A stretch of 63,825 bases of DNA, filler included. It is 7 parts of 7 records of this genome, joined end to end, with 100 filler letters (N's around TTAATTAATTAA, not from the genome) between each part and the next. Parts side by side here need not be neighbours in the genome. Positions count along the whole stretch, not along the records: positions 43,846 to 52,305 come from DRR723986_10909; positions 52,406 to 57,866 come from DRR723986_10912; 5 more parts are not named here. One strand, 5' to 3'. The notes under the pieces were generated by a model that saw only the letters and a list, made by a program, of their open reading frames with translations, was not told the DNA's origin and did no database searches. This document shows, one piece after another, positions 49,204 through 57,966 of this stretch (its first letter is position 1; each line of letters begins with the position of its first letter). A program made the position numbers and the translations under genes.

Positions 49204-50157
49204 TCAAATGTCGTACGCCTGCCCCCCACCCAACACGCGGTCTATCAGCTTCGGGGTCAACATCGGTGCAAACACCGCAATGAATTCATACATCAGCGTG
49301 CGCATGAACACACCTTGCCGCAGGGCAATCCGCGTGGTGTTGCGGCCAAACAAGTGGTCCACTGGCACAGCCATCAACCCTTTGTCTTTCAGCGCATCAA
49401 AAGCCACTTCAGCAATAATACCCACGCCCAAACCCAAACCCACATAGGTTTTAATCACGTCCGCATCAATGGCCTCAAGCACTAGGTCAATGTTCACCCC
49501 AGCCTTTTGAAACGCCGCATCAATTTTCTTGCGGCCCGCAAAATGAGTTTCGTAAGTGATGATGGGCATTTGATCGAAATCAGCCAGCGCAATTTGCCGC
49601 CCGCCCGATGCAAAAGGTTTTAACAGGGGCGAATCAGTGGGCGCCACCGCAATGTGTCCCCAGTCGTAACAGGGAAATGTCACCAGGTCGGGTTCATCGG
49701 CCAAAGCCTCGGTAGCCACGGCCAAGTCGGCCTGGTCTTTGCGCACCCACTGCGCCAGTTGCTCAGGGGTGCCCTGCAGCAAGATCAGCTTCACCTTCGG
49801 GAATTTTTTGCGAAAAGCAGCCACCGCCTGTGGCAACACATAGCGTGCCTGTGTGTGGGTTACGGCCACTGTTAACTGCCCGCTTTCGCGCGCTGCAAAT
49901 TCTTCACCCACTCTTTTGATATTTTCAAGTTCCGCCAAAACGCGCTCGCAGGCTTGGTACACCAATTCTCCAGGCGGCGTTAAACCCTTGATGCGTTTGC
50001 CGTGTCGCTTGAAAATCTGAAAGCCCAGCTCTTCTTCAAATTCGATGATTGCCTTGGACACACCTGGCTGAGAGGTGAACAGCGCTTTGGCCGCATCGGT
50101 CAAGCTGAAGTCATGGCGAACCGCTTCCCGAACGAATCGAAGCTGATGCAAGTTCAT
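49204..50157 (-). CDS. cysB: CysB family LysR regulator
   Basis: MNLHQLRF, FTSQPGVSK, THTQARY, DADVIKTYV. Confidence 0.93.
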   Translation of the reverse strand: MNLHQLRFVREAVRHDFSLTDAAKALFTSQPGVSKAIIEFEEELGFQIFKRHGKRIKGLTPPGELVYQACERVLAELENIKRVGEEFAARESGQLTVAVTHTQARYVLPQAVAAFRKKFPKVKLILLQGTPEQLAQWVRKDQADLAVATEALADEPDLVTFPCYDWGHIAVAPTDSPLLKPFASGGRQIALADFDQMPIITYETHFAGRKKIDAAFQKAGVNIDLVLEAIDADVIKTYVGLGLGVGIIAEVAFDALKDKGLMAVPVDHLFGRNTTRIALRQGVFMRTLMYEFIAVFAPMLTPKLIDRVLGGGQAYDI

Positions 50158-50269
50158 AAAAACCCTTTATTCCACAGGGGAATATATAAATGGAAATACT
50201 ATCGTTTGAATTATAAGGGCTAGCGCTTACACTTCAAGTCCCAAAAAACCATTTTCATAGAGCTTTCAC

Positions 50270-51067
50270 GTGCCTTTCGACATCAATTTAGTTTATGTAG
50301 CTTCTGGCCTGGCGGTCGGCCTTCTGGTCGGCCTGACCGGTGTGGGTGGTGGCTCGCTGATGACGCCGTTGCTCACCGTGTTGTTCGGTGTACCTGCCAC
50401 AACTGCCGTGGGTACGGACCTGGCTTTTGCGGCAATCACCAAAGGCGCAGGCACTGTAGTACACCGCCTTCGCAGCACGGTGAAATGGAAAATTGTGGCC
50501 CTGGCCTGTTTGGGCAGTGTGCCCGCCTCACTGATCACGATTGCAATTTTGCACGGCCTGGACATTCAAAATGCTGGCAAAGGCAGCCCGATTGATGTGT
50601 TCATTCGCTGGTCCATTTCCATTTGCGTGATGTTGACCGTGGGCGTGCTTATTTTCAAAACAAAAATTGTTCATTGGCTGCAAAACCATCCACAGGCCCA
50701 ATTGCAAGACAAAACGCGTACCATCGCGACCGTGGTTGCATTTGCAATCATCGGTATGTTGGTGACCGTTTCATCGATTGGTGCAGGTGCAATTGGCGCC
50801 ATGGTGCTGATCATGCTGTATCCGCACCTTAAAGCCTCTGAAATTGCGGGTACCGACATTGCTTATGCGGTACCACTTACGACTGTGGCGGCCTTTGGTC
50901 ACTTTAGCCTGGGCACCGTTGATTTTGGTTTGTTGGGCGCACTGTTGCTGGGATCAATCCCCGGCATCACGGTGGGCAGTTATTTAAGTCGCGCAGTGCC
51001 TGAAAAGTTCTTGCGCGGGGTATTGGCCACGACCCTCACCGCCGTGGCCGCAAAACTGGTGATGTAA
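50270..51067 (+). CDS. Sulfite exporter TauE/SafE (TSUP) family protein
   Basis: GLTGVGGGSLMTP, AVGTDL, GTDIAYAVP. Confidence 0.92.
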   Translation: MPFDINLVYVASGLAVGLLVGLTGVGGGSLMTPLLTVLFGVPATTAVGTDLAFAAITKGAGTVVHRLRSTVKWKIVALACLGSVPASLITIAILHGLDIQNAGKGSPIDVFIRWSISICVMLTVGVLIFKTKIVHWLQNHPQAQLQDKTRTIATVVAFAIIGMLVTVSSIGAGAIGAMVLIMLYPHLKASEIAGTDIAYAVPLTTVAAFGHFSLGTVDFGLLGALLLGSIPGITVGSYLSRAVPEKFLRGVLATTLTAVAAKLVM

Positions 51068-52305
51068 ATGTACAAATACGACGACTACGACCACGCCCTT
51101 GTACGCGAACGCGTGGCTCAGTTTCGCAACCAAACCGAGCGCTTTCTGAAGGGTGAACTGACAGACGAAGAGTTCCGCCCCTTGCGCCTGCAAAACGGCC
51201 TATACATTCAGCGCCATGCGCCCATGCTGCGCGTGGCCATTCCTTATGGCCTGCTGGGCGCAAAACAGTTGCACAAGCTTGCCGATATTGCGGCCAAATA
51301 CGACCGCAATTATGCACACTTCACGACACGCCAGAACATTCAATACAACTGGCCCGCACTGGAAAATGTACCCGCGATTCTTGCTGAACTGGCTGAAGTT
51401 GAAATGCATGCCATTCAAACCAGCGGCAACTGCATTCGCAACACCACCAGCGATCCGTTTGCAGGCATTGCGAAAGACGAATTTGTAGATCCACGCCCAT
51501 TCTGCGAACTGATTCGCCAGTGGAGCACCTTCCACCCCGAGTTCGCTCACCTGCCCCGCAAATTCAAGATTGCCGTGAATGGCGCAGCTGAAGATCGCGC
51601 TGCGGTACAAGTGCACGACATTGGTGTGAACTTGACCCGCAATGCGGCTGGCGAAGTGGTAGCCCAAGTGCTGGCTGGTGGCGGTTTGGGTCGCACTCCC
51701 GTGATCGGTTCTGTGATCAAAAACGACCTGCCCTGGCAGGAGCTGCTCACCTACATCGAAGCGGTGATGCGCGTGTACAACCGCTATGGTCGCCGTGACA
51801 ACCTGTACAAAGCCCGCATCAAAATTCTGGTGCGTGCCATTGGCCCTGAAGAATTCTCCAGGCAGGTTGAAGAAGAATGGCAACACATCAAAGGTGGTGT
51901 GTCGGTGATTCCCCAGAAAGAATTTGACCGTGTTTCATCTTTCTTCACAGCCCCCGCCTACGAACAGTTCAGCGCTGAACAGGTGGCCACCATTGCAGAA
52001 CAAAACCGTGGCTTGCGCGCCAAGCATGTAGGCTTTGATCGCTGGCTAACCCGCAATGCACGTGAACACCGCCAGCCCGGTTATGTGGCCATCAGTATTT
52101 CCCTGAAGCGCCCTGGCATTGCCCCTGGCGACGCCACCACCGATGAAATGCACTTGATTGCTGATCTGGCCGAGCAATATTCATTCGGTGAGCTGCGGGT
52201 TACACATGAACAGAACTTTGTGCTGTCTGATGTGGCTGAGCAAGATTTGTTCGAGTTGTGGAGCACGCTGAAAGAACACAATTTGGCCATGCCGAATATC
52301 GGCTT
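51068..52305 (+). CDS. cysI: Sulfite reductase hemoprotein (3' truncated)
   Basis: RLQNGLY, HFTTRQN, TSGNCIRN, LPRKFK; cysB/TSUP context. Confidence 0.9.
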
Positions 52306-52405
52306 NNNNNNNNNNNNNNNNNNNNNNNNNNNNNNNNNNNNNNNNNNNNTTAATTAATTAANNNNNNNNNNNNNNNNNNNNNNNNNNNNNNNNNNNNNNN
52401 NNNNN

Positions 52406-53201
52406 CGCGCAGATGATGGAATATTCCAGCCAGCTGGAACGCCAGTCGTCGGAATTGACCCGCACCGCCGCGCGCCTGCGCGAGGCCAACCAGAAGCTGA
52501 CCGAACTGGCGGAACAGAAAGACACGTTCCTGAGCCAGATCAGCCACGAGCTGCGCACGCCGATGACATCGATCCGGGCGTTTTCCGAACTGTTGATGCA
52601 GGGCGAGGGGCTGGAGGAGGAGACCCGGCTGAAGTTTTCCCGCATCATTCACACCGAAAGCATGCGGCTGACGCGGCTATTGGACGATCTGCTGGACCTG
52701 TCGGTTCTGGAACATGGCCGGGTGACGCTGAACGAAAGCCCCACAACACTGGCCGAGGTTCTGGACAAGGCCGAGGCGGCAACGGGGGTGATGGAGTCGG
52801 GCGGTCGGATTCGCATCCTGCGCGACCGGGCGACCGAGCAGATCGAGTTGATGACCGATGGCGACCGGCTGGCGCAGGTGTTCATCAACCTGATTTCCAA
52901 CGCACAGAAATACTGCGATGCTGCGGAACCGGACCTGCGCATCCGTGTGCAGCGCCAGCCCGGGCGGGTGGATGTGGAGTTCGCCGACAATGGATCGGGC
53001 ATCCCCGAACGCCAGCAATCGCTGATCTTCGAGAAATTCACCCGGCTGGAAACCACCCGAGACGCGCAGGGCGCGGGGCTGGGGCTGGCGATCAGCCGCG
53101 AGATCATGCAGCGCCTTGGCGGGCGGCTGAGCTATGTGCCGGGGCAGGGTGGCGCGGCTTTCCGGGTGCGCCTGCCGGGCCGCGCGCTGCGCGCCGCTTG
53201 A
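52406..53201 (+). CDS. Sensor histidine kinase, C-terminal part
   Basis: SHELRTPMTSI, NLISNA, DNGSGI, GAGLGL. Confidence 0.92.
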
Positions 53202-53214
53202 CGCTTTCTTAACC
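53198..53214 (+). promoter_or_regulatory. Putative CtrA box TTGA-N7-TTAACC upstream of the fliM-like gene
   Basis: One mismatch to the TTAA-N7-TTAAC consensus. Confidence 0.5.
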
Positions 53215-53264
53215 CTTCGCGTGGGACAAGGGGGCGGGCCGCTTTGCCCGCTGGAAGGAGAGCT

Positions 53265-54239
53265 ATGTCGCAGCAGGGGTTCAATCCCGGCCTCAGGCAG
53301 AAAATCCGGGCGCCCGCCGGGGCGGATCGGGCGCAGCGCACATATGCCGACGGGGTGGAACCGGCCCTGACCCGAGCGCTCGGCAAGGCGGGCGCGCCTT
53401 ACGAGGGGCTGTACCTGGTGGCGTCTGCCGATCCCCCGCAATGGGACATGCCGCTGAGCGATGTCATCGCGGCCCTGCCGAAGGGCGGGCTGGTGTCCTT
53501 GCTGGAAGCCGGTCAGGATCGGCGGGCGATTTGCGCTCTGGATCCTGGCGCGGTCGATGCGCTGATCGAGGTGCAGACCACGGGCCGCGTCGACAAGGGG
53601 CCGGGGCTGGCCCGCGCGCCGACACGGATTGACGCCGCTCTGACGCGGGATTTCATTGGCCTGTTTCTGAGTGCTTTTTCCGGGGAACTGGCAGATTCGG
53701 CGGGCGTGGACTGGCCACTTGGCCTGACCAACGGCACCTACCTGCCCGATCCGCGCGGCCTGGACCTGTTGTTGCCCGATCGCCCCTGCCACCTGTTCAG
53801 CGCGACGCTGGATCTGGGCGGGGGAGCAAAGGCCGGCAGGCTGCTGCTGGCGGTGCCCGTGACAGGGGCAGAGGCCGCACAGCCCACCGGGCAATCACCG
53901 GCGCCCGAATGGGGAAAACCGTGGCACGAGATCGTGCTGTCCGCCCCCGCGATGCTGGAAGCGGTGCTGATGCGACTGACCCTGCCGCTGGCTCGGGTAG
54001 AGGCGTTGCAAGTGGGCGACATCCTGCCGTTCGACCGGGCTGATCTGGCCTCGGTTGCTGTCTGTGATGTGCGGGGGCGTCGGCTGTTCACTGCACGGCT
54101 CGGGCGGGCCGGGACGCGACGGGCGATCAACCTGACGGCAGGCGACGGGCTGCGGCCCATGCCTGACCCCAAGCCACCGCCGGACCCGGCGCCCCCGCCG
54201 CAGACCACCGTTCCCGCAGCTGCGCCGCCACCGGCTTGA
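53265..54239 (+). CDS. FliM/FliN C-terminal (SpoA) domain protein
   Basis: ALIEVQTTGRV, PTRIDAAL, C-terminal LQVGDILP...ARLGR; Pro-rich tail. Confidence 0.78.
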   Translation: MSQQGFNPGLRQKIRAPAGADRAQRTYADGVEPALTRALGKAGAPYEGLYLVASADPPQWDMPLSDVIAALPKGGLVSLLEAGQDRRAICALDPGAVDALIEVQTTGRVDKGPGLARAPTRIDAALTRDFIGLFLSAFSGELADSAGVDWPLGLTNGTYLPDPRGLDLLLPDRPCHLFSATLDLGGGAKAGRLLLAVPVTGAEAAQPTGQSPAPEWGKPWHEIVLSAPAMLEAVLMRLTLPLARVEALQVGDILPFDRADLASVAVCDVRGRRLFTARLGRAGTRRAINLTAGDGLRPMPDPKPPPDPAPPPQTTVPAAAPPPA

Positions 54240-54294
54240 CTGTTTGGGTCGCTTGCGCCTTTCTGGGCGCGACTGACATGAAGGGGAACGGGCG

Positions 54295-55119
54295 ATGAAA
54301 TTTCTGCGCTATGGCGACAAGGGCCGGGAGAAGCCGGGCGTCCTGGATGCCGATGGCAATCTGCGCGACCTGTCTGGGCAGATCGCGGACCTGTCCGGCG
54401 ATGTTCTGGGCCGATTGTCAGACCTGTCCGCAGATGGCCCGCTGGTCGAAGGCTCTCCCCGGATCGGCACGCCGGTCGCGGGCATCGGCAAGATGGTCTG
54501 CATCGGACTGAACTATTTCGACCACGCGGCCGAGGCCAACATGACCCCACCCGACGAACCGATGATCTTCATGAAGGCGACCTCGGCCATTTCCGGCCCC
54601 TACGACCCGATCGAGTTGCCGCGCGGATCGGTCAGCACTGATTGGGAGGTCGAGATGGGCGTCGTCATCGGCAAGACCGCCAAATACATCACCGCCGGGC
54701 AGGTGATCGACCATGTGGCGGGGTTCGTGGCGGTGAATGACGTGTCCGAACGCGACTTTCAGATCCGCCGCTCGGGTCAGTTCACCAAGGGCAAGAGCTG
54801 TGACACCTTCGGCCCTGTCGGCCCCTGGCTGGTGACCCCGGATGAAATTGACGATCCGCAGAACCTTGCGCTCAGCATTGCCGTCAACGGTCAGCTCATG
54901 CAGAACGGCAACACCCGCGACATGATCTTTCCGATGGCCGAGGCCATCGCCCATCTGAGCCATTTCATGAGCTTTCAGCCCGGTGACATCATCGCAACCG
55001 GCACCCCCGCCGGTGTCGGCATGGGGATGAAACCGCCAAGATACCTCCGCGCAGGTGATGAGCTTGTGCTGGAGGTCGCAGGGCTCGGACAGCAACGCAT
55101 GCAGGTGATTCAGGGCTGA
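54295..55119 (+). CDS. Fumarylacetoacetate hydrolase family protein
   Basis: CIGLNY, DWEVE, NDVSERD, KGKSCDTF, TGTPAGVG. Confidence 0.93.
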   Translation: MKFLRYGDKGREKPGVLDADGNLRDLSGQIADLSGDVLGRLSDLSADGPLVEGSPRIGTPVAGIGKMVCIGLNYFDHAAEANMTPPDEPMIFMKATSAISGPYDPIELPRGSVSTDWEVEMGVVIGKTAKYITAGQVIDHVAGFVAVNDVSERDFQIRRSGQFTKGKSCDTFGPVGPWLVTPDEIDDPQNLALSIAVNGQLMQNGNTRDMIFPMAEAIAHLSHFMSFQPGDIIATGTPAGVGMGMKPPRYLRAGDELVLEVAGLGQQRMQVIQG

Positions 55120-55299
55120 CACCCAAAGGCCCCGAAGCGCGTTCGGGACAGTTTGACGAAATCCAGTCTAAAAAATAATAAAATGCCTTTGCAAAGTTGC
55201 AGGGTCATCACGTTTATGCCCAGATTCGCCGCCATCTTCTGCCCATGACCAAAAAACGGACCCGGGAATCGACCTGGTGATCCTGGCAGGAGAAGACGC

Positions 55300-55923
55300 A
55301 TGAAACGCATCGCACTCGCACTTTTAGGCCTCGCCGCTCTTGGCGTGTCGGCCTGTTCCTCCGTCCCCCATGTGGCCGTGACGCAGAACATCACTGTGCC
55401 GACGGGCCTGGCCGCGCAGGCCGAGGCCTCCGATTGGCAGGTCGAATCCATCAACATTTCTGTACCCGACAGCCTGACGGTGTCCGAAGCCAACACGATC
55501 AAGCCCCGGTCCGACATTGTCTGGCGGGAAGGCCCCATCGACGGCGACCGCCACGAGCAGGTGCAGGAGCTGATCTATGAGGCGATGGAATTCGCCCTGC
55601 GCCCGCTGACCGAAGAGGGCACCACGCTGGTCACGGTCGAGCTGGAGGTCACGCGCTTTCACGCCCTGACCGAGCGCGCCCGCTATACAATCGGCGGCGA
55701 GCATGAGATCGAGTTCCTGTTCACCGTGCGCGACGCGGAAACCGGCGCGGCGTTGACCGGCCCGATCCCGGTCGACCTGACCTTCCGCGGTCTGGGTGGC
55801 AGCCGCGCGATCGCGGCGGAGCGCGAAGGCATCTATCAGCGCGACCGCATCCAGAGCCAGATCATCGGGTGGGCCCGGCAGGAATTCGGGCTCGACGGGC
55901 AGGGCACCGAATACGTGTTCTGA
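55300..55923 (+). CDS. Rhodobacteraceae lipoprotein (DUF6778-like)
   Basis: Lipobox VSAC; LTVSEAN, DIVWRE, FHALTERARYTIGG. Confidence 0.75.
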   Translation: MKRIALALLGLAALGVSACSSVPHVAVTQNITVPTGLAAQAEASDWQVESINISVPDSLTVSEANTIKPRSDIVWREGPIDGDRHEQVQELIYEAMEFALRPLTEEGTTLVTVELEVTRFHALTERARYTIGGEHEIEFLFTVRDAETGAALTGPIPVDLTFRGLGGSRAIAAEREGIYQRDRIQSQIIGWARQEFGLDGQGTEYVF

Positions 55924-55961
55924 CCGTTCCCAAGACCAGAGAATCCCGATATGGGGGGCGT

Positions 55962-57164
55962 ATGAACACGTCCCCCATTTCCGTTTTACGCCTGAAACCC
56001 AAGGCTGACGCCCGCCGTATCCGCCATGGCCACCCCTGGGCCTGGGCCGATGAACTGGTCCTTGACCGCCGCTCTCGCGCCGTGCCCGCCGGTGCCCTGT
56101 GCCTGTTGGAGGACGGCGAGCGCCAACCGCTGGCCATCGGCATCGCCTCGGTCGAGGCCAAGATCGCCTTTCGGGTGCTGGACCGCGACCCCGCCGCGGT
56201 GATCGACGCCGCTTGGCTGCGCGCCAAGGTGGCCGCCGCGCTTGATTTGCGCAGCCGCCTGTTCGACGCGCCCTATTACCGGCTGATCCATGCCGAGGGC
56301 GACGCGCTGCCCGGCCTTATCGTGGACCGCTTTGGCGATGTTCTGGTGGTCCAGCCCAATGCGATCTGGATCGAAGAGCGGCTGGATGACCTGACCGCCA
56401 TTCTGGCTGAGCTGACCGGCGCGCGTGTGATCCTCAAGAACGGCTCTGGCCGCGCCCGCGCGCAAGAAGGTCTGGCCGAGGATAGTGGCCTGCTGCTCGG
56501 GTCTGCCCCCGACGCGCCCCTGCCGGTCCAGATGAACGGTGCCACCTATCTGGCCGATGTGATGGGCGGCCAGAAAACCGGGCTCTTTTACGATCAGCGC
56601 CCCAACCACGCCTTTACCCATGCGATGGCGCAAGGGGCGCGGGTGCTTGACGTGTTTTCCCATGTGGGCGGCTTTGCCCTGGCCGCACTGGCCGGCGGCG
56701 CCGACAGTGCGCTCTGCGTCGATGCCTCTGCTCCGGCGCTTGATCTGGCCGGGCAAGGCGCCGCGTTGATGGGCTGCTCTGATCGCGTCTCCACCCGTCA
56801 GGGCGATGCGTTTGCAGTGATGGAAGATCTGGCGGCAGCAGGTGAAAGCTTTGACATCGTCATCGCCGATCCTCCTGCCTTCGCCCCCTCGAAACAGGCC
56901 CTGACGCAGGGTTTGCGCGCCTATGAACGGGTCGCGCGTTTGGCGGCTCCGCTGGTTGCCCCCGGCGGCACGCTGATCCTGTGCAGCTGCTCGCATGCCG
57001 CCGATCTTGCCAAGTTCCGCCAATCCTGCCTGCGCGGCATTGGCCGGGCCGGACGCGATCCGCGCCTGATCCACACCGGCTTTGCCGGGCCGGATCACCC
57101 TCAACATCCGGCGCTGACCGAGACCGGCTATCTCAAGGCGCTCGCCTTCCGCCTCTTGCCATGA
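55962..57164 (+). CDS. RlmI-like class I SAM-dependent RNA methyltransferase
   Basis: PUA-like GHPW, RLIHAEGD, GQKTGLFYDQR, VLDVFSHVGGF, DPPAF, GPDHP. Confidence 0.9.
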   Translation: MNTSPISVLRLKPKADARRIRHGHPWAWADELVLDRRSRAVPAGALCLLEDGERQPLAIGIASVEAKIAFRVLDRDPAAVIDAAWLRAKVAAALDLRSRLFDAPYYRLIHAEGDALPGLIVDRFGDVLVVQPNAIWIEERLDDLTAILAELTGARVILKNGSGRARAQEGLAEDSGLLLGSAPDAPLPVQMNGATYLADVMGGQKTGLFYDQRPNHAFTHAMAQGARVLDVFSHVGGFALAALAGGADSALCVDASAPALDLAGQGAALMGCSDRVSTRQGDAFAVMEDLAAAGESFDIVIADPPAFAPSKQALTQGLRAYERVARLAAPLVAPGGTLILCSCSHAADLAKFRQSCLRGIGRAGRDPRLIHTGFAGPDHPQHPALTETGYLKALAFRLLP

Positions 57165-57709
57165 GGCTCTGCCTCGACGCCTGCGTGCTCTACCCGACGG
57201 TCTTGCGCGAAATCCTGATGGGGGTGGCGGGCGAGGGGCTGTTTACGCCCTTGTGGTCGGCGCGCATCTGCGAGGAATGGCGCCGCACCGCAGAGCGGCA
57301 AAGCCCCGGCGACGGGATGATCGCGGCGGGTGAAATCGCGCTTCTGAATGCACGCTGGCCAGAGGCCGAAATTCCAGCCGACCCCGCCCTGGAACAGCAG
57401 CTCTGGCTGCCCGATCCTGCCGATATCCATGTGCTGGCCACGGCGATCACCGGGCGGGCAGAGGGCATCGTCACCATGAACCTGCGCGATTTTCCAACCC
57501 GAGAGCTTCAGGCCCACAATCTGCACGCCCACCACCCGGACGCGCTGCTCTACCAGCTCTGGCAGGACCACCCGGATGCGGTCACTGAAACCGTCACCCG
57601 CGTCCACGCCACCGCCCAATCCCTCGCAGGCGAACCGCTCGACCTGCGCAAACTGATGAAACGCGCCCGCCTGTCCCGCCTTGGTAAGGCCCTGTCTTAT
57701 TCTTGGTGA
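57161..57709 (+). CDS. PIN domain protein
   Basis: LDACVLYP, LPDPADIHVLA, TMNLRDFP; ATGA overlap with the methyltransferase. Confidence 0.88.
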   Translation: MRLCLDACVLYPTVLREILMGVAGEGLFTPLWSARICEEWRRTAERQSPGDGMIAAGEIALLNARWPEAEIPADPALEQQLWLPDPADIHVLATAITGRAEGIVTMNLRDFPTRELQAHNLHAHHPDALLYQLWQDHPDAVTETVTRVHATAQSLAGEPLDLRKLMKRARLSRLGKALSYSW

Positions 57710-57730
57710 CAAATACTCTCGCCGAAGGCG
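57694..57730. repeat. Rhodobacterales-type short intergenic repeat (TCTT.TTCTTG...AAATACTCTCGCCGAAGGC)
   Basis: Resembles, from recall, a dispersed repeat common in Rhodobacteraceae; single copy here. Confidence 0.4.
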
Positions 57731-57966
57731 GCCGGGCTCTGCACCAAGCACACCCCGTCCAACCGCAAAGCAGCCCTCTCCCCTTGTCCATGGCAATGCG
57801 GGCCGAGGAGGGCCCCGCAGGGGCTTGACGAGGCCCGCCCCCGGATCGACGCCAAAGGCGGCGAAANNNNNNNNNNNNNNNNNNNNNNNNNNNNNNNNNN
57901 NNNNNNNNNNTTAATTAATTAANNNNNNNNNNNNNNNNNNNNNNNNNNNNNNNNNNNNNNNNNNNN

